Of a DNA stretch of 64,000 nt, positions 13,018 to 25,736 are shown piece after piece. How positions within the stretch are numbered: the stretch's first letter is position 1; every line of letters starts with the position of its first letter. Made by a program: the position numbers and the translations under genes. Source of the DNA: Mytilus edulis (lineage: Eukaryota); contig NC_092353.1 of assembly GCF_963676685.1 (NCBI RefSeq), forward strand, positions 20,371,307 through 20,435,306, given 5' to 3'. The notes under the pieces are model-generated. The model ran no database searches, was not told the DNA's origin, and saw only the letters and a list, made by a program, of their open reading frames with translations.

Positions 13018-13150
13018 TGTTTACCCCCGCCACATTTTTGCGCCTGTCCCAAGTCAGCTGCCTCTGGCCTTTGTTAGTCTTGTATTATTTTTAATTCTAG
13101 TTTCTTGTGTACAATTTGGAGTTTAGTATGGTGTTCATTATCACTGAACT
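13018..13150 (-). mobile_element. Partial copy (tail portion) of the interspersed repeat family
   Basis: CCCGCCACATTTTTGCGCCTGTCCCAAGTCAG matches the family tail in reverse complement. Confidence 0.35.
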
Positions 13151-13168
13151 AGTATATATTTATTTAAT

Positions 13169-13195
13169 AGGGACCAGGACCAGGACCAGGTGCGG
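13169..13195. repeat. (GGACCA)n microsatellite
   Basis: gggaccaggaccaggaccagg. Confidence 0.8.
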
Positions 13196-13382
13196 GAATT
13201 TCTCGCTACGTTGAAGACATGTTGGTTACCTTCTGCTGTTGACTTTTCTATGGTCGGGTAGTTGTCTCTTTGACAAATTCCCCATTTCCTTTCTCAATTT
13301 TATGACTTCCTCAAGTTTTATAAACAAAATGGAAAACAATTTTCATGCAAGTAACTTTTGTAGATTTGTAAATTAAAATTTT

Positions 13383-13516
13383 ACTACAGTTTGGGGATTC
13401 CGGAGTGGAGGTGGGTGAGGTTCTAGGGGTTGAACCCCCCTTTTTTTCTTAACTATTATTGCATTTGAATTGGGACTTATGTTGGACCCCCCTTTTTTTA
13501 AATGGCTGGATCCGCC
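13383..13516. mobile_element. Small G/C-tract MITE family (termini GGNGGATCCAG / CTGGATCCGCC), copy 1 with a degenerate left end
   Basis: Shares GTTGGACCCCCC...TTTTTAAATGGCTGGATCCGCC with the copies at 18942-19079 and 21241-21396. Confidence 0.45.
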
Positions 13517-14924
13517 TCTCAGGTATACGTTATGTTAGGTTTCATTGCAAATTTATTGTGTAGCATTTTAAAACAACATATTTTATACAACCTTGAAAAT
13601 ATATATCAAAGTTCACCAATATTTACCGCAGAAAGAAAAAGGCGCGTTGTTGAAACAATCAAATGTGATTATCAAACAAGATAGGAATGTTAAAGTTAGG
13701 CTTGTTGCTAATTAGAATAAACAGGCTGGGAGTTCCGATAATAAATCTCAGACAAACGCTCCAACTAAACTGTCAACAATTGAGATTTCCTGTCGAAATA
13801 ATTATCCGCTATATAAAGAAGAATTGCATGTGTTGGACGTTATAAAATGCGAGTTTCATTTTAGTATTATAATACTAGTGTAGCCAGGTGTAGGGTGAGG
13901 CTGTATAAAGAACTAGCTTTATACATTTTTTTTTCTAAAACATTATTATATTACTACATATTACTTTTAACTGATTCGCTGTAATTGATTGTTATTTTCT
14001 TTACGTCCAGTCACAAATATTTCGAACATGTTCAAGACAAGAACAGATAAATCATAAGTACAACATGTAGGTCCTTTATGCAACTGTATGGAGTTTAAAC
14101 ATCACGATTTTAATTGTTGTGAAATAATTCTGACTCTGACCATTTAGATATTGACAAATATAATGTCTATCAATATTAGAATAGTATAAAGCATGACATT
14201 ATTCTCATTGGAAACTTTAGAACTTAAAATTGGGAATGAAAATTGGGAATGTGTCAAAGAGACAGTAACCCGTCCAAAGAGCAGAAAACAGCACAGGGCC
14301 ACCAATTGTTCGACACAGTGAGGAAATCCCACAAGTGAGGTTTTGCTTGCATCTAAACAGTATGTTTGTATCCAAGTTCAGCAAATATGAAATTTAATAA
14401 AAAAAAAATCTCCGAAACATATAAAGGAACCAAAATAAGTAGTAAAAAAAACCATACTAAACTAACATAGGCCAGAGAATCCCGACTTAGAATAGCCGCA
14501 CAAATGCGGCATGTATATATATAATGGCAGTCAGCAGGGTTAAAGAACATCAGTTGTTCGACCTGTTAGTCAAATGAGTTTTGTTTAAATATACTTTTTC
14601 ACTATTTTGGTCTTATGGAAAATGTTGTTTGTGCTGTTTTAAGACCCTTCTACAACGAAATTTGGTTTACATGCACGAGTATAATAATTGCGGTTTTTAT
14701 CCAACGCAATCATAGGTTTGAACGTAGTTTTCAATTTAGACTCGTATAAATATATATAATTATATATATAAAACTCGTCTTAACATCAACCCAACAATGT
14801 TAGATCTGTAAACTTGCTTTCGCAAATTTTTTGTTTTTCCCTCGCCGGGACACCCAATCGCCTGCACTGTTGCCGTCCTGCTAGACCTCAATTTATATAT
14901 AACTTGTTTAGTGAAATCTTACCC

Positions 14925-14946
14925 CCCCCCCCCCCCCCCCCCCCAT
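14925..14946. repeat. Poly(C) homopolymer of about 22 nt
   Basis: Direct reading. Confidence 0.9.
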
Positions 14947-15509
14947 GTATACATCTATCCTATGTGGAATCAACAAACACACAGCAATATGCAAAGTAAA
15001 AAGAAGTCCGGAACCGATCTTAGAATAGGTAACACAAGAATATTTTAAGACACGTTCGAAAGGCGGCTATTGTGATTGTGTCAGCTCGACAGGGACACAT
15101 TCAAATGTCTGAATGTTGCAAAACTGCACGAAAAACGTATCGCATGTAACACACCCACGAAGAGGCTGCCCAACGGAAATAAACCCTAGTACTGAAATGT
15201 TGCAAAACTACAAAAAGACAAAGAGTACACAAAACAACATTAAATACTGAGTAACAAAACACCTACAAAACAAACAACAGAAAAGTAAACAGATGAATGC
15301 ATCTCTTACAAAAAATTAATTGTTTAGCTCTACCATGATTTATTCTGAAAGTTATAGATTTTTTTTGGGGAAAAAGATCGTGGATTAAGACTTGTGCCTG
15401 ATCAAGCATATAAATTTAAAATCAGTATTTGCTGCTTGACAGGTGTAAAAGAAAATCTTGTCTGCCAGGAGTCAGAATAATGTATTCGAGTAGAAACTCT
15501 GCAATTTCG

Positions 15510-16421
15510 AACTTTATTCGATCGTCACTGATGAGCCTTTTGTAGACGAAACGCGCGTCTGGCTCAAATACAAAATTTAAATCCTTGTATCTACGATGAG
15601 TTTATTAGGCTTACTGTGAGTACTCTCATATTTGTACTTAGTGTCTATTTGGTTTTGTTTGGGATGTACAAGTACCCGGACACGTCCACGTGTAATTTCA
15701 TGTAGTATTTGTATCTTTAATCATCTGTCGAGTTAAGACTTTCAACTGATTTTTATAGATCGTTCTTATGTTGTACTATTACACCACTGTTTCATGTAAG
15801 GGAGTGGGTTGCGATCACGCAAACATGTTTGACCCCGCCACGTCCAGTATGTATGTGTCTATCCCAAATCTGGAGCCTGTAATTCAGTGGCTGTCGCTTG
15901 TTTCTGTAGCATATTTGTTTTTCGTTCATTTTTTGGTACATAAATTAGGCCGTTATTTTTCTCGTTTAAATTGTTTTATATTATCATTTTGGGGTCTTTT
16001 ATAGCTGACTTTGCGGTATGTTGACCTATAGTTATTAATTTCTGTGCCATTTTTGGTCGTTTGTGAAGAGTTGATGCATTGGCCATCATACCATTTCTTC
16101 TTTTTTCTATATTTGCCTTGTGAACTAGCACGCTTAATAAACTGACCCAGTGCGTCATTGTAGTACAAAGTTTTGAAAATTTTCAAACCTCATATATCAA
16201 TTGCCGCCATAAGACGGCATGCTGGACTCAGTCGTATCTTGGACTGTTCGCATTCGGGATGCAATCTGGACTCAATCGGCAAAAAAACAGCAATGGTAAA
16301 TCTTTCTAGATCATGCCCGTTCCACATGACACTGTCCAGAAAATAGTTATCAAAGACACAAGGATTATAGTTTTTTAAGGCAGACGCGCGTTTCGTCTAC
16401 ATAAGACTGATCAGTGACGTT
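15510..16421. mobile_element. About 0.9-kb element bounded by about 38-bp TIRs (CGTCACTGATGAGCCTTTTGTAGACGAAACGCGCGTCT), with an interspersed-repeat copy nested inside
   Basis: 15510-15548 is the reverse complement of 16384-16421 with 3-4 mismatches. Confidence 0.5.
15828..16105 (-). mobile_element. Copy of the roughly 300-bp interspersed repeat family, reverse orientation
   Basis: GGAGCCTGTAATTCAGTGGCTGTCGCTTGTT is the reverse complement of the family tail. The head CATTGGCCATCATACC lies at the 3' side. Confidence 0.6.
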
Positions 16422-16839
16422 AAGTTTCAAAATAGTTATTAAGCCAAACAAGTACAAAGAAGAAGAGCATTGAGGACCAACAATTCCAAAAAGTTGTGCC
16501 AAATACGGCTAAGGTGATCAATTCCTGGGATAATGAAATTCTTAGTCACAGATCAATGTTACGATTTTGATCATCGCGATACTAGAGAATTTGTCACGAC
16601 ATAATAACGATTGTAATTCGACTAGACAAAATTGATTGAGACTTCCCGAATGTTAAGGGACGCACCTTACTGTCGGGGTGCTTGTCCAAACTCTCCGATC
16701 CGTAGGAGTCCGAGTGTTACGAACGTATACTACAGCGTTCAGGCAATAACAGGACATTCCATATCATTGAGGATAGTAATCCGACTTTTTAACTTTTCGA
16801 GTCTAAGCGCAGTCTGATCTCAAACGGGAGCAATAATCG

Positions 16840-17720
16840 CCCTGTGTAAACCCCGCTTTAAAGATCATAGAACGATTCTAGCACGCTCATGCCGTCCTAA
16901 TCACGCACGTCTTACGACCTTACTACGTTCATATTACGACCATTTTTACTTATAGCCATGCTCGGGCTCATTCCCAGTGTCAAATAAAGCATGTAAAAGC
17001 TCTCCAGGTTTTATTCGTCTGTATATAATTTGGACCTAATGTCGCTAGTCTCCAACAGCTCAGCCATGCTTGACACATTTGTATCATCCCACTATTAATT
17101 GTTCAATAAAATATCTTCATTTGATCTTGATAGATCAGCAATATACGTTGTGATAGGTTAATCCGACATCTCATCTGGATCAGGATTCGTATCAGAGGCC
17201 CCACTGACTCTACCTCTATCCATATCATGCACAAATACAAAATATTGTAGATTTTGGTGGCCTGTCTGTGTTGTTATCGAGAATTTTACGTATAAATGAA
17301 AATAAGGAGGAATGGAACAGTATTTATATTGACTCCGACAACATGATATTGACGTTATTATATTACCGAGAGCGTAGTAAAATCGCCATATGAACATGGT
17401 AAGATCGTAGAATGATCGTGATAAAATCGTTCTTTAATCGCAGAAGAAACGTGCTAAGATCGTTTTTTAATCGGATAAAGTGTGATATAATCGTAGTAAG
17501 AACGTGATGAGCGTAGCAAGATCGTGATTATCGTAGTGAGGTCGCAAAACAAGCGTGGTGAAAACGGGGTATACTCTTGGCGGAATCGTTGTAGAAAAGT
17601 AATGAGGTCGTAGTAGCATCGTGAACTCATCCAAAATTTACATTTTCATGCCGCCCATACCGCGACCTCAACACGATCTGAATACTTTTTAGATCGTGCT
17701 GAGCGTGGTGCGATCGTGGT
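16840..17720. repeat. Inverted arrangement of short ACGAT/ATCGT-core motif clusters: left 16840-16960 rich in ACGA(T/C), right 17380-17720 rich in (G)ATCGT(G/A), around a roughly 400-bp unique centre
   Basis: Right arm reads taagatcgtagaatgatcgtgataaaatcgttctttaatcg...; left arm reads the complementary gatcatagaacgattctagcacgctcatgccg...tacgacc. Confidence 0.45.
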
Positions 17721-18629
17721 CTAGTGTGACTTGTTCATAAAATAACAGCGGGCAAGCTGAAGAGATGCCGTGCATTTACATTGATACATGTATACATTGT
17801 ATATTTAGTATTGACCATTTACTGAAATAACTATCTATTCTGTCTTTTTGGAACATTACCATTGAACTTTCATTGTAACTCTTTTGCACTATTGAGGAAG
17901 TTATATAATATAAAACATCGTAAAGCTTAACTTATAGCTGTTTTGATTTTAGCCAGTGGCTTTATCTCCGAAATCTAAAAATAACAGGAAAGACGAAAAC
18001 ACCTGTTATATTTACCTGAATGTGTGATCTTGGATTGGGTTTTAAATAAAAAGACACTTTTCTATTATTACTGTTACTATTACAAAATAGAAAAGAAATG
18101 AATTTCATCTTCAAATTGGTTGCAGTTAATCTTTCTTCTATATATATTGGCATTCTACATTTCTAAGATATCTTCCTTTTTCTATTAATAAATTATGATC
18201 TCTTATTCTAGTTTTGTTATTAGTTTTCTAAATTAAAATTTTGAGTAAGTTAAATATTTTTCATTTGTATTATTAAGTCTTACAAGATTATAAATAGTGA
18301 GTTTGCTGTTATCCTTCATATCTTATCATTTACTCTCTTTTCATAAAAATCCTTCAATTTTAATTTTATTTGTTCTCTAATAGTTTTATTTATCTTATGA
18401 GAGGAATATTTCTTGAAAGTGTCTAAATCCATACCAGTTTCTTCTGATACATATTTTACAAATGAGAACCAACTGAAGAATAAATTCGAACAGAGTCTAA
18501 GCTTTGAGACAAAAAAAAATGATTCCTTTACAAGAGGATAAATGGCATGAGAATATAAACGTATACCATACAATATAGATTGAAATTTAATATGTAGTTC
18601 CAGGGGAAGTCTCTCAAGACCAGCTCTTA

Positions 18630-18835
18630 GATATAGGAAGATGTGGTGTGCAGTGCCAATGAGACAACTCTCCATCCAAATAACAATTTAAAAAAAAAGT
18701 AAACCATTATAGGTCAATGTACGGCCTTCAACACGGAGCCTTGGCTCACACCGATCAACAAGCTATAAAGGGCTCCAAAATTACTAGTGTAAAACCATTC
18801 AAACGGGAAAACCAACGGTATAAATTTGATGAAAC
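18630..18835 (+). mobile_element. Copy of the interspersed repeat family (subfamily B)
   Basis: GGAAGATGTGGTGTGCAGTGCCAATGAGACAACTCTCCATCC...ATAGGTCAATGTACGGCCTTCAACACGGAGCC...CAAACGGGAAAACCAACGG. Confidence 0.6.
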
Positions 18836-18941
18836 TATGCTTAAGCCACGTGTATATTTACAAAATTGTAAGTGTGACTTTTTAAAAGGTGGTTTGACAT
18901 GAAGTGAATCAAACTATCAAAGGGTATCAAATAGTTGCAGG

Positions 18942-19079
18942 GGCGGATCCAGCCATTTTAAAAAAGGGGGAGGGGTCCTAACCCAGGACAAAAGGGGGGG
19001 TCCAATTACATGTCCCCATTCAAATGCATTGTTCGTCCAACAAACCCCCGGACCCCCTCCCCCCTCTGGATCTGCACCT
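18942..19079. mobile_element. G/C-tract MITE family, copy 2 (GGGGCGGATCCAGCC...CTGGATCTGCACC)
   Basis: Terminal inverted repeat GGCGGATCCAG / CTGGATC(C/T)GC; interior of G and C homopolymer runs. Confidence 0.55.
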
Positions 19080-19149
19080 GAGTTGCCACTGACACATTGA
19101 GTCTTTTTAGTTTCATGCTCTCTTAATCAACTCAAGATCCAGAAAACTA

Positions 19150-19400
19150 GTAAATGGTACATATAAGACTGTACTTTGACCTTCAATGGTTTATCTTTAA
19201 AAATTATGACTTTAATGGAGAGTTGTCTCATTGGCAATCATATGTTATCTCCTTATATCTATAAAGGTCATGATACGACTTTCAACTATGAGTAAAATTC
19301 GTGCAGCATAGTCTGCTATATGAAAGGCCCCGAAATTACAAATGATAAAACAATTCAAACGAGATGCATTATGATTAGTTTGTTTTTTTTTCAATCCAAG
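19150..19400. mobile_element. Rearranged copy of the interspersed repeat family: reverse-oriented head and 5' body abutting a forward-oriented body
   Basis: GGAGAGTTGTCTCATTGGCAATCAT (reverse-complement head) at 19212-19236 is followed by forward GGTCATGATACGACTTTCAACTATGAGTAAAA...CAATTCAAACGAGA. Confidence 0.45.
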
Positions 19401-19554
19401 AAAATATGTATAACTGTGTATATAAAATTTACAAATTGCCAATATCTCCTTTTAAGCTCACCAGGCCAAAAGTGACAAAGTGCGATTATTTATTAAACTT
19501 TTCTCATCAATTGTCGTCCTTCGTCCGTCGTTGTCGTCTGATAGCTTTTACAAA

Positions 19555-20210
19555 GATATTCCACTCTGAATCTGCTGGGCCAAATAAAACCAATTTCGGC
19601 CTAAATCATTATTAGGGTATGTAGATAAAAAATTCATTCCGATGCATATGACCACGCTTGTGCCCCGAGATGGCAGTCATCGCTAAAAACAGAACATCGG
19701 GGTAAAATGCAGTTTTTGGCGTATAAATCTCTGAAACTAAACCATTTATAGCAAATCTTATGTTCGTTCAGTCAAAAGTTATCTGCCAATGCAGTAGACA
19801 ACCCGTTGTTGTGTTGTTTCCCCTTGAACTGATAGTTGAAAGAAAATTTTGCAGTTTTTGGCTATCATCCTGAATATTACCATGCATGAAGAAAAACTGT
19901 TGACAGCAAACGTTTTCAGCAAAACAAGGTCTACAAAAAGTAGTTATTGCCTTTTACAGTTAATTTCCCACAATTTGTCTTACATTTCGGTAATCCTTTG
20001 CCAAAAAATTCTCCTCTGAAACTACTTGTCCAAATTAAAACAAACTTTGCATAAACAATCCCTAGGGTATCTAGTTCAAAAAAATGTATCCATTGACCAA
20101 ACATCAACCAAGATGGCAGAATGGCTAAATAGTAAATAAGCGGGGATGCAGTGTTTGATTTATATCTCTGAAACTTGAAGCATTTAGTCCTAAATAAGAT
20201 ATAAATGAGA
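19555..20210 (+). repeat. Two diverged (about 70% identity) direct copies of a roughly 450-bp unit (19555-19770 and 20008-20210)
   Basis: Shared blocks TAGGGTAT.TAG.T.AAAAAAT..AT.CATTGACCA...GATGGCAG...CGGGGAT/TAAAATGCAGT...ATCTCTGAAAC. Confidence 0.5.
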
Positions 20211-20677
20211 GAAACTGAACAGACTTAAATGACCGCCAATATAAGATAAAAAAAAAAACATATCTGTTTTTGTCATTTAATAATACTTTTCTCGTCTACA
20301 ATGTTGAAGTGTGTCTTTGTCTAATATGATATAGATCAAGATGAGCAACACAGGCTATTTTGAGCCTCCTAAAAACTGGCGTTTTGTTGTGTTGTTTTAA
20401 CTCGCACAATATTCCGGGACAGTAGTGAAAATAGAGGTAATTTGGAATCTTTCATTACAGTGCAGACAATGAATGAATAAATAAAATTGAAAGACTTTTT
20501 CTAGCTGCAATATTCCTTTTTTCCTCTTTCAGTATGCAATGCTAAAAACTCGACATGAAATATTAGTTAGGACTTCGATATGGGGAAAATATCACTCGAA
20601 AAACAATTTTCACTGTGTAAGTGATTCTTGATGTTGAAAGATTTCAGAAATCATGAACTAAACTTTATCTTATAAAA

Positions 20678-20935
20678 AATATGTTGTATGATTGCCAATG
20701 AGACAACTCTCCACAAGAGACCAAATGACATAGAAACTAACAATTATAGGTCACCGTACGGTCTTCAACAATGAGCAAAACCCATACCACATAGTCAGCT
20801 ATAATAGGTTCCGAAATGACAAATATAAAACAATGCAAACCTAAATTACGTACAAAAATGAACGAAAAACAAATATGTAATACATCAACAAACGACAACC
20901 ACTGAATTACATGATCCTGACTTGGGACAGCTTGT
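20678..20935 (+). mobile_element. Full-length copy of the roughly 300-bp interspersed repeat family
   Basis: TATGATTGCCAATGAGACAACTCTCCACAAGAGACCAAATGACA...ATAGGTCACCGTACGGTCTTCAACAATGAGCAAAACCCATACCACATAGTCAGCTATAA...CAACCACTGAATTACATGATCCTGACTTGGGAC. Confidence 0.65.
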
Positions 20936-21240
20936 TTGTAGTTCTTTTGTGTGATGAATGCAATAATATTGAAGGTCGACTTGTTACTCATTTTTTTCCT
21001 GCAGGAAATATTAATTCTCTACCGTATTATTAGAATGAAATTAAGCAAAAACTCCTAGAAAAGTTTAATAAATTAATTGAACATATGAACAATTCTGCTT
21101 ATGTTAAAAGAAAGATTACAATACATGTATTGCAATATAATTAAATGTGTCATGTCATGTTCAAACCGACCCGTCAGTTTCGTGCTGGCATAGACATCTT
21201 TCGTATGAGTGATATTTTTCGAGGCAATTAATAAGAACTA

Positions 21241-21396
21241 TTACATTAGCGGATCCAGGGGGAGGGGGTCCGAGTGTTTGAACCCTCCTCTTTTTGGCCG
21301 ATCAATGCATTTGAATGGGAACATATAGTTGGACCCCCCCTTTTGTCCTGAGTTGGGACCCCCCTTAAAGCTTTTAATATGGCTAGATCCGCCCCT
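21241..21396. mobile_element. G/C-tract MITE family, copy 3 (GCGGATCCAGGGGGAGGGGGTCC...CTAGATCCGCCCCTG)
   Basis: Same termini and internal GGACCCCCCC motifs as 18942-19079. Confidence 0.55.
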
Positions 21397-23649
21397 GTAT
21401 TATATGTAAGAGGAAAGACTGTGGTGCTCGCGGAGTCATATTAAGTTTTGTTGACTATTTAAATCTACATGTACATTAGCACGTAAACAAAATATAGCGC
21501 TGCTTCCCAGTTTAGTTGAATATGCCATAACATTAGTCATATAATTCAAACAAACGCGAGAAGAAAAGAGTTCTAGTATTTCACAAGCTTTTAGCATTGA
21601 TTATAAATTTAATTTAAATTCCAGCAACCTTTCACGTTGAAGTCCGTGAAAGTTAGAACATACGAAAAAAAAAATCAAACGAATTTAACATTCAAACAAA
21701 CTCATAAATTTGTTGCGAGTGTTTTTCTATTATATAGACTTTTTCAAATGATTAATTTAGTTTTATTTTATTTTGTGTCGTCGATTAGTTTGTTTTCCTT
21801 CAGAAGCATATTAACAATTAAAGTTAAAACAAAAATAATAATTTATAACTAATATCTACGCTTGTGTATTATGATGCGTTGTCTGTTTTCAAAGTTGGCG
21901 ATTATAAATCTCTAAACTTTTATCACAAAATATTATATATTAAAGTGGCAAGTGCAATTTGAGGGATCAGCGTACCAATGTGACCTCTAGCTTAAGAGAA
22001 ATGTCTAATCGTTGAACTATCATTAGTTATAATGAGGTTTCCTGATGCACTTGAGCCATTAAAAATCAAATACCTTGTTACTGTAGCTTACAGTACACAG
22101 ATGTATTAGTATCGTATTTCACTTCATTGATAAAACACAATATTTTGTAGCTTAGACGATTTATAATTACACAGTTTATATATCTCTGCAGATTATAATG
22201 TATTTATAGCACACATATGGAAACAGATACGCATACGTCAATGTGATTGCATCAACAATTTGTCAATAGTTGTATTTATGTCCTGCAATTATACTATCTA
22301 ATATTTTTCGATAATTAAAATACGAATCGAATATTTCCGCTTAGCTCTCATTTAAAATTCTCCCAAACAGAGGTATGCCATGAACAAGATCAGTTTTCAA
22401 AATCTTACACTTTAAGCTAATCTAAGTCATTCCCTCTCCATTTATACCGTCAGAGCATATATTTTCATCAGCAGGACTGTTAGTTACAAATAAAGTTGAG
22501 AATTAGCCTCATCCCAGGCACAGTTGTCAAGATACTACTTTTAGATCAGACAAATTCAATGCACCTTATGTCGATCCTCAGAAAATTATTAAAGTCATCA
22601 GTGATCATCAGTTAGTTCAAACATCACCCCTTTGTTGATTATTTTAAAAATGTGTTTTTTACGGTCTGTTGTTTGAGTAATAATTTTTCTATAGATATCA
22701 CTTTATTACTGGATTAGATAATTGTCAGTTTACATAATAAAATAAGAACATGTATGTCATGTATCAAATAAGCTTTTAATTATGATTTATATGGTATATA
22801 ATTCATATTATCTAGTCCATTGTTATAATGTTGAGGGTTTTACGTTTATAAGTCCTAAAATTCTTTATTGAAAAGCACTTTACGCCCATATGAGCCCTCA
22901 GTATGAGCCAATGGCTTAAAACATTATACATAATATACAGTTTACATATATATAAAACAATGAAAAGACAACGACCCACAATACATAAAATGGATATAAT
23001 TTTGTGTTTCCATTTTGTAAATGTTTTACCGAGCGAGTACTCTTCACCGAGGTAACATCCCTTCATGTTATTATATATTTTTTTCCATTGTAGTTAAGAA
23101 AACAATAAATAGATTTCATTTGTCTCCCTTGTTTTTTTTTAGAGAATCAGTTTCAAAATATAGTTATCTCCCATCTTAAATTTAGCCTGTTAGTCAAAGG
23201 GAGACAACTTTAATTTTCCACAAAAATTACGGAATTCCATAATATTATGGAGTTCGCTAAGTGCCCCGACTGCAAATGTTTTATATAATAATTTAACTCA
23301 CAGTTGACTCATTAATTTAACCATACACATTAAAAAGGTACAACTATATACTGTTAAAACATTATTTCTGTAGTATTACTAACAGGAGATGTGGGAAAAT
23401 AGCAACAAGACAACAACAAAATAATGAGTACAATAAAACAAAGCAGCAAGTATATAATTCGCTGTTTAAGAATCTAATGCATTCTGGGTAATATTTTCAT
23501 AAGTGTACACCAAAGCGTCATGATTGGTTAAAAATGTCCTAAATAATTGAAATTAGACCAATGCTGTGGTGTTATTTTCAATGTTGGGTACAAACAATTG
23601 AGTAACCCATAGACCTTTAGATTCTGAAACGGCCTATTATTTAACCTAC

Positions 23650-23874
23650 GGGAGTTTCTTCATCCTGATCCATGAGATAAGCTCCATGTCCTTCACTTAT
23701 TGCCTTCTTGTATTCCTTGTGAGCCGTCTCCTTCTCTTTTACTTCTCCCACGATATGTTTACCGTTGATAAAAGCTTCAAATCCACAAACAGCAGCCATA
23801 TCATCTAATGGAAACACATACTTAGCTTCTAGAGTAGAGGTACTAGTATTGTGGTACTCCTGTAAAACTACTAC
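23650..23874 (-). CDS. PARP4: PARP4-like gene, coding exon 14 of those seen: VIT domain, second part (VVVLQEYHNTSTSTLEAKYVFPLDDMAAVCGFEAFINGKHIVGEVKEKETAHKEYKKAISEGHGAYLMDQDEETP)
   Basis: Acceptor TTTCAG and donor GTAGGT, phase 0/0. The translation carries the hallmark VIT motif FPLDD-AAVCGFEAFINGK-IVGE-KEKE...GHGAYL shared by PARP4, VWA5A and ITIH proteins. Confidence 0.85.
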
Positions 23875-24484
23875 CTGAAATATAAAGTATTGTCGTAAAA
23901 AATGTAACAGGCTTCCAATACATAAATGGCTTTGAAAGTAGGATTACAGCAAAACAGGTCTAAACAGAACCCATCAAGCCTATTCAGCTTATGAAATTAC
24001 ATAGGTGCATGTTGGGAGTATGCCTTCATAAAACCCAACTATTCTTGAATATTTTCTGAAATACAAAAAAAAACAACATTGTTCAATTCAATTTCCTAAT
24101 TATAACCTGTTGCATAAATGTCTTTTTTTTTTTTACAATGGCATAAGTTTCCTTCTAACAGTTTTGCAAGGATTGAATAATAGAATGAAAAGTGATATCA
24201 TTCCTTTACATGTTTTGGTTACATTGAGATCAATTTCTACTGAAGTCCTGCCTATTTCAGAAAAAAAACTTTTATTCAGAACTTATTCAGATTTTACTAC
24301 AAATTATCAATTTTTGTATACTTGACTTTTGAGATGTCTGAAAATGTTTAAACAGTCATCAATCTGTGACAGTAAAATCATGAATTATGAATTTGAAAAG
24401 TAAAAGTTGGCATTGCAGCCAGTGTGAAAGAGAAACAACTCTTTTGTTTTTTCCATTTGAATGGTTTTATTCTAGTCATTTTTG

Positions 24485-24630
24485 GGGCCCTATATAGCTT
24501 GCTGTTTGGTGTGGGCCAATGCTTCATATTGAAGACCGTTATTTGTTACCAAATTGTGACTTGGATTTGAGAGTTGTCTCATTGGCACTCATATCACATC
24601 TTCTTATATCTACTCACAAACATTTGAAGC
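24485..24630 (-). mobile_element. Partial copy of the interspersed repeat family, inside the PARP4 intron
   Basis: Reverse complement reads GTGCCAATGAGACAACTCTCAAATCCAAGTCACAATTTGGTAACAAATAACGGTCTTCAATATGAAGCATTGGCCCACACC. Confidence 0.5.
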
Positions 24631-24740
24631 CACAATTAATGACATTCCTTAAAGAAAATTGCCAAACAGCATATTGTAGTTTAATTTGTCCAGCAATGTG
24701 AATAGTTTTAAAATATTTTTCTATGTTAGGTACTGATGGT

Positions 24741-24874
24741 ATAATCATACCTTTGAGGCCAAGTCCATAAGCTGAGCTCTGATATGGACTGATTTAAGAA
24801 CACATGATTCTCCTGAGGTAGATACCAATCCTGGCTCTACTTTGTCCATGGGATTCTTTATTCCAGAAACATCT
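24741..24874 (-). CDS. PARP4: PARP4-like exon 13: VIT domain start (IDLKDVSGIKNPMDKVEPGLVSTSGESCVLKSVHIRAQLMDLASK)
   Basis: Acceptor TTTCAG, donor GTATGA. Incoming phase 1 matches the end of exon 12. Continues in frame into exon 14 (…SVHIRAQLMDLASK|VVVLQEY…). Confidence 0.8.
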
Positions 24875-25363
24875 TTTAAATCAACTGAAATATAAAAGAA
24901 TATTTGGGACAGTTAATGCACACTGCACTAAAGAAACATACAATGAGGTTAAGACTTTACTAAATTATTTTGATTGATAATAAGTTGGTTGGTTAACGTC
25001 CATTGGCAAAACTATTTTGAGAGTTATTTAAGATAAGACAACAGTTAAGTTAAAATATTTCTGATATTTCATACTTAAGGATGAAATGATTTTAAGCAAA
25101 TAAATTATGTTGAATATTTAGTAAATTAATAAAAGTCACAATTGTCATAAGAGTCAGTAAGTATAATGGGACCAAAATGACTATAATGAGTACTGCCATC
25201 AGTTTTAGTCTATTCAGTGAATATGTTCCACAGTCATTTGTTTTTCAATAATATCAAAATTCATAGGTAAATTAAAATTTACTTATGAAATTCACACCGA
25301 TTGAACAGTTTGAATTTCCTTAAGGGTATTAACTGCAAAAGTGATATCAAATAATAATTTTAC

Positions 25364-25511
25364 TTTGCTGGTTAACATTATCATCCTGGTCTTCTTCCAT
25401 GGTGGACAGTGATTCTATGTTTAACGATTGTTTGATATCCCCTTCCACAGAAAACTCCACTAAGTACTCTACGATCTGCTGGTTTGTATTGTAAATTACA
25501 TATTCATCATC
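25364..25511 (-). CDS. PARP4: PARP4-like exon 12: C-terminal end of the PARP catalytic domain (DDEYVIYNTNQQIVEYLVEFSVEGDIKQSLNIESLSTMEEDQDDNVNQQ)
   Basis: Acceptor TTTATACAG, donor GTAAAA. Contains the conserved catalytic-Glu motif (D/N)EY(I/V)VY, comparable to PARP1 NEYIVYD. Confidence 0.85.
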
Positions 25512-25736
25512 CTGTATAAATTAAAATAAAAATTGTAACATATAATTAAATTGTACAATATACTGCGGTATGTACACAAAACTTTACTAGGACAAGTGCT
25601 GGTGGTTGTCTTGGAATTGCAGAAGGGTGGGAGTTTCTTTGCTCAGCGTTGTAGGCCTAACTGATACCCCTAGAAGAAGAACATCTATAAATGCACTGTT
25701 TGCTTCTTGTGCTTTTTTGGTGTGCACCTACTGATT

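Noticed and set aside
18316-18675. 119-aa minus-strand ORF
   Set aside because: No recognisable motifs. Its 3' part overlaps an interspersed repeat copy. There is weak resemblance at best to a LINE fragment, not enough to call.
22380-23640. Search for further PARP4 (VIT/VWA) exons downstream of exon 14
   Set aside because: No minus-strand frame with VIT/VWA-like sequence or convincing splice sites was found. Downstream exons are either below the window edge or too short to recognise by eye.
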